Shown here in pieces: positions 10,201 through 17,316 of a stretch of 20,000 nt of DNA. A program made the position numbers and the translations under genes. Position 1 is the first letter of the stretch; every line of letters starts with the position of its first letter. A model generated the notes under the pieces. It saw only the letters and a program-made list of their open reading frames with translations, made no database searches and was not told the DNA's origin. This stretch comes from an uncultured virus (IMG/VR IMGVR_UViG_3300032216_000918) (taxonomy: Duplodnaviria; Heunggongvirae; Uroviricota; Caudoviricetes): the IMG/VR virus record IMGVR_UViG_3300032216_000918; one strand, 5' to 3'.

Positions 10201-12528
10201 ATGAGTATCATTGAGAAGAAACGCGCAGACGGTAAAGTAGAACGCATTATTGAAACCAAAGAGGGCGCCAGCCTTCTCAAAGTATCTCAGGCTCTTAAAG
10301 AAGCCGATGTAGGCGATGCTAACGCGGCTAACCAGTTGTTTACATTTTATTTAGCAGCTAAACGCGCCAAGAACAAAGGCTTAAGTAAACTTAATTTTGG
10401 TGAAAATGTAACTCAAGAAATGCTTGATAAGGTCATGGCGCGTATTGAGTCTGACCCAAAAACAGCAAAAGCGTTTGCAAATGCGGCCGATATTTACAAC
10501 GAGTACAACAAAGGGTTAATTAACTTTGGCGTTCAGACTGGTCGATTCTCCAAAGAAGAAGCGGCAAAACTGCTTAAAGAAAATGACTATGTTCCGTTCT
10601 ACAGAATTAATAAAACTACTGGAGAAGTATGGCTAGATATAGGCGGAGCCGACCCAGTTCATATTGGTAACATTAAAGAGCAACCTTATTTAAAAGAACT
10701 TGCTGGCGATAACAAGCCTATTCTAGACGTATTTACTAGTGCGTTGCAAAACACTCGCATGCTTACAGATATGGCTTTGCGCAATTTAGCTACTCGTAAT
10801 GTGGCATTTAGCTTGCAGCAGTTGGGCGGATTACAGATTAAGAAAGCACGGTCTGGTAAAGATTTTGGTTCAGGTATTTATCCAACTAAAGGCCCGGCTA
10901 GCCCAGACGTTATTCGTTTTAAGATTGACGGCGTAGATCATCATGCTATTGTTGACACTGATGCTATGGGAATTCCAGCAGAATTGCTGGTTAAAGGAAT
11001 GGACGGAGTTAGCACTTCTATGCCTACTTTGGTAAAAGTAGCTGGATACCCTGCTAAGTGGTTGCGTTCATTTATTACTCGTAACCCAGCTTACGCTATT
11101 CGTCAGATTGCTCGCGACTCATTATCCAACGCGTTTACTACCGGTTCAAATTCTTTGCCTATTATTGATAACTTAAAGCAGCTAGGTTCTATGCTAAAAA
11201 ACACCAATGAAGGCGAAATGCTACTCAAGCGCCGGGGTGTTTTAGGCGGTCAAGTTCTTGGTAATGCATCTGACGCTATGCAAAAAGCTATGCTGCAAAT
11301 CATTGACGGCAAGCCAGGTTGGGAAAAAGCTATGGCTTACTTAGACCACGTTGCTATGATGGGCGATGCTTCTTCTCGTGTAACATCTTATGAGAGCTTT
11401 GTTAAGCAAGGCTTGTCCGATATGGAAGCTACATTAGCGGCTTTAGAAGCCATGAACTTCAGTAAGAAAGGCACGTCACCTAGTTTATACCTCCTAAACC
11501 ACATGGTTCCGTTCTTAAATGCGCAGATCCAAGGTATGGATGTTCTTTACAAAGCGTTTGCTGGCAAGATGCCATTTGCTGACAAGCTAGATATTAAGTC
11601 TAAGATTTGGAAACGCGGCGCTATGATGGCTGCATTTACTATGGCGTACACAGCTATGTCATACGATGATGATGACTACCAAAATGCAACTGCCGCTGAG
11701 AGAATTGGTAACTGGTTTATTAAAGTACCGGGTATTGACGAAAAGGTTAAAGTACCTATTCCATTTGAAGTGGGCGGCATCTTCAAAATGTTCCCAGAGA
11801 TGATTTACTCTACTGCGTTTAAAGATAAGAAGCTTGGCGACGCTGCTTCTGAAATTTCTAAGTACGCTGTGGATAACTTCATGCCTTCGTTTACACCTAC
11901 AGCTATTAAGCCGATCATTGAACTTGGCGCTAACTACTCGTTCTTTACCGGCAAGCCAATTGAAAGCCAGCGCTTACGTGAACTTGCGCCGGGTGAACGT
12001 GCTTATGCAAATACGCCAGAAGTTTTAAAAGCTTTGGGTAGAGCTACTAACATGTCTCCAGTGCAGATGGAATACCTTATACGTACTTATACAGGTTCGT
12101 TACCTTTGGCGTTGTTATCTCTTGCTAATCCAGTTGCAAGTGAAGCAGAAGCTCCTGAAGGTCGCGGCGCATTGAGTAGCACAACCCCAATCATAGGCGC
12201 TTTCTTCCAGCCTAAAGATGCAAACGGTTTGATTGATAAAGCGTACCAAGAAATGAACAATGTCATTCAAGCCGAGCGCACATTTAAAAACTACGTAGAA
12301 AGCGGACGTGATGAAGAAGCCGAAGCGTTCTTAACCAAAGAAGCTGACTTGATTGGTATGGCTAGCTTCTCAGGTAAGTTTAGAAAGCAAATGGGCGACT
12401 TGGCTAAACAAGAACGCATGGTAAGGTCTATGACTGGTATTAGCGGTGCTGAAAAACGTCAGATGCTAGATGAAATTAAAGAAGCTAAGATAGAAATTTC
12501 TAAAGCTTTTACTAGCGCACGCGAGTAA
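4243..12528 (+). CDS. Large polyvalent virion/ejection protein: hydrophobic N-terminus, coiled coil, metallopeptidase (MPTase-like), ADP-ribosyltransferase-like domain, LPD38-like C-terminus
   Basis: 2761-aa ORF. Gly/Ala hydrophobic stretch at nt about 4621-4749 and a K/E/A/Q-rich helical region. LLHEVGTHIG at 8617-8646 with downstream DELLAYA at 8800. WHGSP.KF.KFD...G.GPYVT...A..YY at 9016-9160. The C-terminal DDDY...R.GNWFI...KVPIPFEVG.IFK..PE...KPIIE...NYSFFTGKPIE...SPVQMEYLIR.YTG matches the LPD38 pattern as I recall it. Confidence 0.8.
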   Translation: MAIYRVQGPDGNIYKIEGPDGAKPHDIEAFAAQQYANRTQAAATPTEPEVKPDTGAFTGSAKAGLAGLKAGAHRVAGKLGLEDIGKAEEEAKKQEKYAEQIYKPTEEGWLEAPWTKLKETAGGSLPYTVAPVIAGAAVGAAPVAGALGLGATTAAMLGAGAASAAQFTGSNLSRQVQEGKSLQDASLMQAAAAAIPQAALDVVGLRYIPGIQKIFKSVGQDITEQAAKKMLEQGTLRTAGQYIAGGAKIAGIEGATEAGQQFFERLQAGLNIADPEARKEYLDNFIGGAALGAVASPFGVRGTRGQAKEVVAKAQAGRDAQALQEEENRKAQEAETLAAQKEMQGMAPSGLTEVETEQNRIRLERSAAQITDQRRVLENKLDELRTQASEETDLGKLQAISEEAQKYHTALDDIDPDKIKTQIASLAKDNTAIQKQLKKIKDDPEAAAELQTSLEQNQTKAQELTDRLAAIAHSNQKEVTAEKINSDLAKKQKALDKAKSEGDLLSVGKIVQSMKELQAQHPGEQPSLFEGEGEDTTYPDYQKRLAEEDRQRKAKSQEVLDQEAIENYQQQEIAQSIGEKPKLSKYKEEMTQDEYMDLLSQKLVDLHTRPDTHVPAPLTPAQKAAETKRVNAINAAKADFDAKSKEYQDLVAKADELGRGEKGRGTEIYTARGDVAALGKQVEAARKAANEAKAKMIAAIPDGTKTTIESGRASEAAQDVHLLDLTDTIDSMRKGEWFGGPNPEMATGSLATKTMKARKSLDKYIQATVSNINYARLAKGMDRLNEKEKADIVHTLDKLMTGKIQRATGKKAMNLIIADRLKSPIQENLNKINDQIATLRKNGQTIRTSPAMAELTKRSQAYKDEIANIDAAVTENKIDKLVNKGNLDTEVMRAALEKAGFRFTEQEVLTGFHRNEYKAVQQEATKLKNKYTNQGVKEVGKLQKIPPEGASRYAVQNVLAKKQAVKNAKEVKAAPQKTTQERTKETEQEAAQQTGLGLAGKKQTFETAEKLQAALPHQGPKVQAAFNFAKQYYKEMLARRSMIMNAKQREALKAARKKYIESRAALNQQFKNSRVDPRIAKIMNWMVTADEKTARYRKAENLIIGMEEKMQQQVFAKTPKKQVETIAPAKKEEQEKLTEKEQQLKEELGYTLDKEKVEEEVGRISEIGLAKMRKTMQDRVDFITKRLESQKAPVKDRESLVKEKDKLMAQIKATDQILNARRIGMIIGQAQEEKGARRYKATKTEKKMVKEGKLGEKGITPEAYDLVLKAFHENQKGASEADFNQKIRTLTSIELRLERAGKGYANVPPLTAKRKKQLEKQQALLRDELKPFNDKQTAEEEAEELGIKDVEAYKRMLNAMNIKFSRGTPQESQTVNEVVSTLEKAFGEEGVLGNQDLENMFEVSQLPKVSVLQSMDTAPKWIRDLYAAHVPADAKGFTDGDKAFLIADNLGKNEALGVLLHEVGTHIGFKNFFNKNQYNTLVNVVKKWGTLADNSIEAKVGRLAKERVEAAGTAEKDVNDELLAYAIEEAVKLGIDPYAMKGGRPITNWLRSLFDAFKKYLKQIGLSPETLTAGDLVNMAYGAAHLELHGTWHGSPVKFKKFDLTKAGTGEKEVTDRFTQERIGNGPYVTNSEEMAKTYYAKTLAMSKAAKKTLEYDGEKWDPEPQPEDAPAKKRAIQAMLTTYMASVRDGGVTDPAHNKAVKNFIEHYITNASSPQERELFKSLDPAKIKVEWGKNPAGHLYRTLDDVPKDKVYQVYGNQIRQGQNPKLDALVEKFGSPHGSKGPWDYDDGDGPYHPGNFLWFDLVKKFGDVKAGELLHEASFDAIERTDKNGHHERAYLGGYLPEIFGVDLNTVGTSGVRDRFDRVKEGELLFSRGPKYNSTFSDLGDDVNKIVHANKSVRDKVHAAAAGFKTPKDIIKDGGALSPKNILALRTRLIDRFAPMEKVAEALSKMQSSLEGTQLMYYLRMFDQGINWVAQTASHGPMSIIEKKRADGKVERIIETKEGASLLKVSQALKEADVGDANAANQLFTFYLAAKRAKNKGLSKLNFGENVTQEMLDKVMARIESDPKTAKAFANAADIYNEYNKGLINFGVQTGRFSKEEAAKLLKENDYVPFYRINKTTGEVWLDIGGADPVHIGNIKEQPYLKELAGDNKPILDVFTSALQNTRMLTDMALRNLATRNVAFSLQQLGGLQIKKARSGKDFGSGIYPTKGPASPDVIRFKIDGVDHHAIVDTDAMGIPAELLVKGMDGVSTSMPTLVKVAGYPAKWLRSFITRNPAYAIRQIARDSLSNAFTTGSNSLPIIDNLKQLGSMLKNTNEGEMLLKRRGVLGGQVLGNASDAMQKAMLQIIDGKPGWEKAMAYLDHVAMMGDASSRVTSYESFVKQGLSDMEATLAALEAMNFSKKGTSPSLYLLNHMVPFLNAQIQGMDVLYKAFAGKMPFADKLDIKSKIWKRGAMMAAFTMAYTAMSYDDDDYQNATAAERIGNWFIKVPGIDEKVKVPIPFEVGGIFKMFPEMIYSTAFKDKKLGDAASEISKYAVDNFMPSFTPTAIKPIIELGANYSFFTGKPIESQRLRELAPGERAYANTPEVLKALGRATNMSPVQMEYLIRTYTGSLPLALLSLANPVASEAEAPEGRGALSSTTPIIGAFFQPKDANGLIDKAYQEMNNVIQAERTFKNYVESGRDEEAEAFLTKEADLIGMASFSGKFRKQMGDLAKQERMVRSMTGISGAEKRQMLDEIKEAKIEISKAFTSARE

Positions 12529-12703
12529 ACCACACCCCAATTTTGCCGTCCTTGCGTCCTACTTCAGCTTTTGCTAAGACTTGGTGGTAAAGGGCGGCTT
12601 TTAAACCGTTTACCTTTACCTCTTCAAACTTCAATGTAGGAACAAAGAAGCCCCCATTAGCGGGGACTTCTAACCACGGGAAATGCACCTTAATCTTCCT
12701 CAC
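12512..12703 (-). CDS. Small conserved-looking phage protein, possibly DNA-binding
   Basis: 63 aa with a GTG start, overlapping the primase stop by 14 nt. The FPW...GGFFVP...GVWFTR pattern resembles a small phage protein family. Confidence 0.6.
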   Translation of the reverse strand: MRKIKVHFPWLEVPANGGFFVPTLKFEEVKVNGLKAALYHQVLAKAEVGRKDGKIGVWFTRVR

Positions 12704-15551
12704 TTATTACCAGCGGACGTGTAATTCTCATCACGTTAACCCGCATTGATGGGCCACGTGTCTTAGCCAGCATGTCTTTGCGCATGTACGCAATCTTGTA
12801 GTTAGGTAGAGACTCAAGTTCTTTCTTTAAGTCAGAGTACCCGTAGCTCATAGTAGAACAGTGCTGTTTAAGTAACTGCTCCTCAATGTAGTAGTCAACG
12901 TGCCCCGGGGTTACATCGTGCTCAATTCTACCTGCAACATCAGAGCGTGTTAGGGATTCGTCTACTTCTTTTGAGCCGCCAAGCAGTGCCCTGTTTGTGC
13001 CTTCTACGTTTTTAACCACAACAAATTTACCGTAGCACTCGCGGGTGTAGGCATTAAGAACATCCTCAGCGGAGCGGCGGTTACCACGAACTGCGGATCT
13101 TGCTTCATTAACCATACCGCGAAGCGTTTCTATGATGGGGCGGATGGGTACATCAATAATGTTTGCGTATTTTTTGCTCATAAGTATCACTATAGCTACG
13201 ATGGCGGCATTACCAGCAGTCCAATAACGCTCGTCATCTGATGAATTAAATTCCGCTTTTAACTTCTCGCGGGTCTCGTTGTACACCTGTATAGCCGTAA
13301 GTCTGTTCTTAACAATCCAGCGAATCAATTCACGACCTACGACACCGTAATTTGATTTAAGAATATCGACTGTACTGCTCTCGGTTGATGATGCCCATTG
13401 AACTTCCTTGGCTGGCTTAACTTCTAACATACGAAGCATCTCAGCTTGGGAAGTGTGCTTGCGTCCACCTGATAAGAAGTCGTAAATATGAGTGTTGCTT
13501 GAAAACAACACCATCAAGTTCCACACAGTAGTATTCAACCGCTCCTTATTGGCGCCTTGTTCCATGCGCTCTTTGCCCTTACCTTGGGTTAAATCTAGTA
13601 GGAACTGTGGTAACCACTCAAATGACTCGCGGTTTTTGTTTGTAATCTCATCCATTACAAGCGGTAGGCTGTTTAATAAGCCCTGTCTTTGCTGCGCCGC
13701 TACTGCTGAAGTTGATTGCGTAACCCTGTAGAGCTCTGGATGACCCCAAAAACTAGCTGCAAGGGCTAAGGCAAGCGATTTACCACGACCTGAACCCGAG
13801 GAACCAAGATGATAAACAACGCCCCTAAAGCCCGAGAAGTGCATCAGGATAGAGGCAGGCCCTACCATGCCCATGGTAACAATCTCCCATAGCTCCTTGG
13901 CGATGTACATATTAAGGACTTTTTTCCATTCATCAAGGGTGCCCATAGGTTTAGTAGCGTAATTGACGTTTGCCATACTTGGCGTTGGAACATAAAGCTC
14001 CTTGCCATCAGGAAAGAAAATATGGCTGTCATAAACAAATGAATTGTCCTCTTGCCAACCGCAACTGTGCGGAACCCTGACGGCTACCTTATTAGAACTG
14101 GCATACTCAACGCAACCCCTGATGTACTCATATAGGTTAACGTCATTACCTTTCCCATAGACCGCAATGATATTGTGGCTAGCTAGCATCTTAACCGTCT
14201 CGTCCTTACTGACCACAGATTTCTGGGGCATGATAATGTCGATTGTGTTGTTAGGGCGGCAAGCTATCATGTGAACCAAATGCTCGTCGCCGTTATCTAA
14301 GATGTCAACGACAAACAAATCGTAAGGCAGAATCATTACCTGTTTCTTAGCCTTCTCTCCACCTTCAGCTTCCTCAACCATTTTGTCAACGAAGATACCG
14401 CCGTTGGCGCCATAACTAAATCCGCGTGGTGGGATAGGACGAAGAAGCATTACTTGCTCAGCCGGCTTAGTGTCGGTAGCCGCTTTAGTTTCTAGAATGA
14501 TTTCTTTAGGTTTGTTGTCAACTTTAATCTCGCGCCCTAATGCTAATGGGTTAGTGATCTTGCCAAAATGCGGGCAGCTTTTACACACACCAGGATTTGC
14601 CTCATCAAACTTCAAACAACCATACGGCCCTTTAATCTGATGCCACTTAGTGCTATGCCTATCCAAATCGTATGGGTGCATGGCAGATAGCGCCAAACCT
14701 TCTTCTTCTCCATCTTCGCAAAATTTAGCTATGCTAAGGACACCGCGCCACAAAGGTTCCATGCCGTCATCTTTAGCGTGGTCTATGTAGTGCTGAATTT
14801 GTCTGCACTTTGGTGCTAGATTTTTAAAGAACGTAATGCTGTTCTCAACCATCTTGACGCTAGATGCTGTGCCTTTTAAGTCTGGGCGTTTGCCGGGCAA
14901 ATCAAATTTTGGTAGGAGTTCATGGGAATCTTCCCCGACTTTATCTTTGATGACCGTAGCTAATTGAGTAAAGTCAAACGTACTACCAACCACCTTGATA
15001 ATTACAGCCCGTGGTTTTTCTTGCTTGTAATTTTGTGTATCAGGTACCCGCAGTACTCGAGCAGCGTCGCCAGTAACCATAGCATCAATATTCAAGCCTT
15101 CCTTTTTGCATAGGCGCTTGAGATTTTCAGCTGCTGGTTTCCATGTGGCAATATCTACTTCTTCTGTGAACGGCCAGTATACGTGTAGTCCGCCGCCACT
15201 AGATACGATGTATGGCGTTCCGAGGGTATCTAGCGAAGTTTCAGATAAAAATTTCCCCAGTGCCGCTGCTGCCGCCTGTTTATTAGGATAATCCTTTCCT
15301 TCCCCACAATCAATATCCAAGAATAAAGATTTTATTTTTACTGCGTTTGTGGCTAATCGCTTGCCACTTGTATTAAATGATGCTAGCGCATAAAAAGCGT
15401 TTAAGCCTTCACCACTAAAATGTGTAGCGTTGCTGTACAGCTCATCAATCGTGTCAACAAAGACATGTTCTTTTTTTGCTGTGCTAAGTTCGCAGGCGCA
15501 GTATTTACCCGAAGACGGAAGCACAGTCGCTAGGAATTCCTGCGACTTCAT
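12690..15551 (-). CDS. DNA primase-helicase fusion (N-terminal AEP/RepB-like primase, Cys-rich middle domain, DUF927/SF3-like helicase)
   Basis: 953 aa. AEP motifs LFLDIDCG, SSGGGLHVYW and DAARVLRVP; Walker A GSGRGKS; Walker B LVMDE; GKGKERM motif. Shine-Dalgarno AAGGAG upstream. Confidence 0.85.
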   Translation of the reverse strand: MKSQEFLATVLPSSGKYCACELSTAKKEHVFVDTIDELYSNATHFSGEGLNAFYALASFNTSGKRLATNAVKIKSLFLDIDCGEGKDYPNKQAAAAALGKFLSETSLDTLGTPYIVSSGGGLHVYWPFTEEVDIATWKPAAENLKRLCKKEGLNIDAMVTGDAARVLRVPDTQNYKQEKPRAVIIKVVGSTFDFTQLATVIKDKVGEDSHELLPKFDLPGKRPDLKGTASSVKMVENSITFFKNLAPKCRQIQHYIDHAKDDGMEPLWRGVLSIAKFCEDGEEEGLALSAMHPYDLDRHSTKWHQIKGPYGCLKFDEANPGVCKSCPHFGKITNPLALGREIKVDNKPKEIILETKAATDTKPAEQVMLLRPIPPRGFSYGANGGIFVDKMVEEAEGGEKAKKQVMILPYDLFVVDILDNGDEHLVHMIACRPNNTIDIIMPQKSVVSKDETVKMLASHNIIAVYGKGNDVNLYEYIRGCVEYASSNKVAVRVPHSCGWQEDNSFVYDSHIFFPDGKELYVPTPSMANVNYATKPMGTLDEWKKVLNMYIAKELWEIVTMGMVGPASILMHFSGFRGVVYHLGSSGSGRGKSLALALAASFWGHPELYRVTQSTSAVAAQQRQGLLNSLPLVMDEITNKNRESFEWLPQFLLDLTQGKGKERMEQGANKERLNTTVWNLMVLFSSNTHIYDFLSGGRKHTSQAEMLRMLEVKPAKEVQWASSTESSTVDILKSNYGVVGRELIRWIVKNRLTAIQVYNETREKLKAEFNSSDDERYWTAGNAAIVAIVILMSKKYANIIDVPIRPIIETLRGMVNEARSAVRGNRRSAEDVLNAYTRECYGKFVVVKNVEGTNRALLGGSKEVDESLTRSDVAGRIEHDVTPGHVDYYIEEQLLKQHCSTMSYGYSDLKKELESLPNYKIAYMRKDMLAKTRGPSMRVNVMRITRPLVISEED

Positions 15552-15565
15552 AGATGCTCCTTGGG

Positions 15566-15721
15566 TTAGCCGTTAATGCGTTGATCGAATCTTTTTATTA
15601 GTTCCTTTTGAAAACTCAACGGCATGCTGGTATCAAGGTAGCGTTCTGCAAAGCGAATTAATTCTTTGTCTGTAAGGGCAGCTGGTGAGATCACCGCTTG
15701 GTTTATTTTTTCTGATTGCAT
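15566..15721 (-). CDS. Hypothetical 51-aa protein, not in the ORF track (MQSEKINQAVISPAALTDKELIRFAERYLDTSMPLSFQKELIKRFDQRING)
   Basis: Translated by hand. It fills the gap between the HTH and primase genes, overlaps the HTH stop and ends just before the primase Shine-Dalgarno site. Confidence 0.7.
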   Translation of the reverse strand: MQSEKINQAVISPAALTDKELIRFAERYLDTSMPLSFQKELIKRFDQRING

Positions 15722-15969
15722 TTTTTCATTGCCTCTTCAACTGTGCTGCTTGTTTGTAATATGAGTAACAAATTTGTTACGCCTGTTCTGTATGAGGGTG
15801 TAACTTCAGTTCCGGAAAACCAGTTATAAACCGTCTGTCTTGTTGCGCCTGTGTACTGCGAAATCTGAATCACAGGAAAATTCAGTTTAATAGCCCATCG
15901 ACCTAGCTGGTTACCCAGCGTTTTAGGGGCGCTGGATATTGTTTGTTTTATTGTTTCTGAGTAAGCCAT
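15703..15969 (-). CDS. Helix-turn-helix (Cro/XRE-like) DNA-binding protein
   Basis: 88 aa; VIQISQYTGATRQTVYNWFSG is a typical HTH recognition-helix pattern. Confidence 0.75.
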   Translation of the reverse strand: MAYSETIKQTISSAPKTLGNQLGRWAIKLNFPVIQISQYTGATRQTVYNWFSGTEVTPSYRTGVTNLLLILQTSSTVEEAMKKCNQKK

Positions 15970-15980
15970 ATTATTCTTTT

Positions 15981-16055
15981 AAAAAAAGGCGGGGAGGCAT
16001 CCTTCTTAGTCTGAAATCTCTAAGAGCCATAGAGCTGAATAGTGTCAGCCTCCCC
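15981..16055 (-). other. Structured intergenic element (multi-stem RNA, attenuator or terminator candidate)
   Basis: Closing inverted repeat GGGGAGGC (15991-15998) / GCCTCCCC (16048-16055). Internal stems TCTTAG/CTAAGA (16004-16009, 16020-16025) and GCTGA/TCAGC (16034-16038, 16045-16049). Followed on the - strand by GCC and T7. Confidence 0.5.
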
Positions 16056-16065
16056 AAAACCACCC

Positions 16066-16215
16066 TCACGTGGAACAGGTCGTGAAACAGTTTCCAGAAC
16101 CATCACAGCAAATCGTGCAGATCTTTCCTGTTTCACTCATAGTCGTTGTCATGCAGCCAGCATAAGCAGCGGATACCGCTAGCAGCAACCCAAAGGATAC
16201 GATAGTCTTACTCAT
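16066..16215 (-). CDS. 49-aa signal-peptide, six-cysteine microprotein, not in the ORF track (MSKTIVSFGLLLAVSAAYAGCMTTTMSETGKICTICCDGSGNCFTTCST)
   Basis: Translated by hand. It has an ATGAGTAA 8-nt overlap with the upstream stop, identical to the overlap at 17091-17098. The N-terminus has a basic residue, a hydrophobic core and an A-Y-A cleavage motif, followed by 6 Cys. Confidence 0.75.
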   Translation of the reverse strand: MSKTIVSFGLLLAVSAAYAGCMTTTMSETGKICTICCDGSGNCFTTCST

Positions 16216-17098
16216 CATCTGTATCCCACTCATCAACAACCGCCGCTAAGTCCCCAGTTTTTTTCTTCGGAACAGCTGACGGTTTAACCGCTGGCTTGCG
16301 CTTCTCAGGCTCGTCAAATGACTCTGCTGCTTCTTTCGGTGCGGCTAAAGCTGGTGCGGGGGCTGTCTTCTTAGTGCCGCCCATACCAAAACTCATAACT
16401 ACTGCCGCTTTAGCTTCAGTCGACTCGCTCTTTTCCTTAACGGTTTCAAACTCGTCTTGCTCTAGCCAACGCATTGGTTGGAAGAATAGCTTAGGTACAG
16501 CGGCTTTAGTATCAAAACGCAAACGGGTTACCACAGTCTCAGGGTTAATACTTTGAGCTGCTAAGTAACGGGCGTACGCTTGCAATGGGCGCTTATCGCC
16601 TTCTTCTTTACCAAAGATTGATGTAGCAGACAGGGTTAACTGCATAATATCGCCACCAACATCATTAGCCAATACTACTGCTAGACGCTGGCTATAACGA
16701 CAGGCGCGTGAATTACCTTGACCTGATCCAGCAGAATTCTGTGGGCATGAGGCGCAATTACTAGATTGAGGATCTTCTGCATGGGCGTCAGGTTTTTCAC
16801 CATCGGCTGACCAGCAAGCTGGGCCTTTAGTAGAACCTTCTTCGTATGTGCCTGCATAAAATGTACGGCTGATTTTTGGTGCCGCTTGAACAATGACTAC
16901 ATCAAGATGGCGATCATCAATAGACGCTACTTCTTCGCTACCAGCCAACAGACGGAACACACCACCTTTGATGGAAATGCGCTTGCTAAAACTACTACCG
17001 CCACCACCAGCTAGGCTTTTGGCTAAGTCTGAAAGTAATCCTGATTTAGCGAACGCTGGTAGTTTAGCGGGGTTAAATGCTGTGAGTTCTTTACTCAT
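16208..17098 (-). CDS. Putative single-stranded DNA-binding protein with Cys (zinc-binding) motifs
   Basis: 296 aa in the replication module with a beta-rich core (RISIKGGVFRL, LDVVIV, RLAVV). Cys motifs PACWS, CASCPQN and RACRY, a Pro/Ala/Lys linker and an acidic tail DEWDTDDE typical of SSBs. Confidence 0.55.
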   Translation of the reverse strand: MSKELTAFNPAKLPAFAKSGLLSDLAKSLAGGGGSSFSKRISIKGGVFRLLAGSEEVASIDDRHLDVVIVQAAPKISRTFYAGTYEEGSTKGPACWSADGEKPDAHAEDPQSSNCASCPQNSAGSGQGNSRACRYSQRLAVVLANDVGGDIMQLTLSATSIFGKEEGDKRPLQAYARYLAAQSINPETVVTRLRFDTKAAVPKLFFQPMRWLEQDEFETVKEKSESTEAKAAVVMSFGMGGTKKTAPAPALAAPKEAAESFDEPEKRKPAVKPSAVPKKKTGDLAAVVDEWDTDDE

Positions 17099-17306
17099 TT
17101 GTTACTGCTCCTGTTTCAGTTGGCTTGGCAATAGCCACGCCTGTTTGTAAAAATTCTAAAAATACTTCGGCTGTTTCTGTAACTTCATAGGCTGAGCCCT
17201 CATACATGCTTTTTGCAGCTGTATCTAAAGCCATTCTGCGAAGGTCTAACTCAAGCATAATGTTCCGAGCGGCTTGCTCTACTGCTTGTTGTTGTGCTGA
17301 ATCCAT
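17091..17306 (-). CDS. Hypothetical helical phage protein
   Basis: 71 aa with Shine-Dalgarno AAGGAG upstream; 8-nt overlap with the next gene. Confidence 0.7.
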   Translation of the reverse strand: MDSAQQQAVEQAARNIMLELDLRRMALDTAAKSMYEGSAYEVTETAEVFLEFLQTGVAIAKPTETGAVTNE

Positions 17307-17316
17307 TTACTTCTCC

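Noticed and set aside
149..12028. Short alternative-frame and antisense ORFs inside the + arm genes (e.g. 548-769, 1163-1471, 4962-5231, 8424-8738)
   Set aside because: They are nested in long, coherent genes, lack ribosome-binding sites or recognisable motifs, and look like shadow ORFs.
4243..12528. Virion RNA polymerase (N4- or crAss-like) as the identity of the giant gene
   Set aside because: I found no recognisable RNA polymerase catalytic motifs; the visible motifs fit MPTase, ART and LPD38 instead.
15991..16055. Known self-cleaving ribozyme (hammerhead or HDV-like)
   Set aside because: No CUGANGA/GAAA core in the correct arrangement, and the closing-stem topology does not fit an HDV double pseudoknot.
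15991..16062. tRNA gene (GGGGAGG...CCTCCCC acceptor-like stem with a downstream CCA on the + strand)
   Set aside because: No TTCRA T-loop, no D-loop GG, no 7-nt anticodon loop, and the CCA is misplaced. Kept only as a generic structured element.
16082..16180. Inverted repeats GTGAAACAG/CTGTTTCAC and AGCGG/CCGCT as a separate ncRNA
   Set aside because: They lie inside the well-supported 49-aa ORF and there is no independent evidence for an RNA. They may be incidental mRNA structure.
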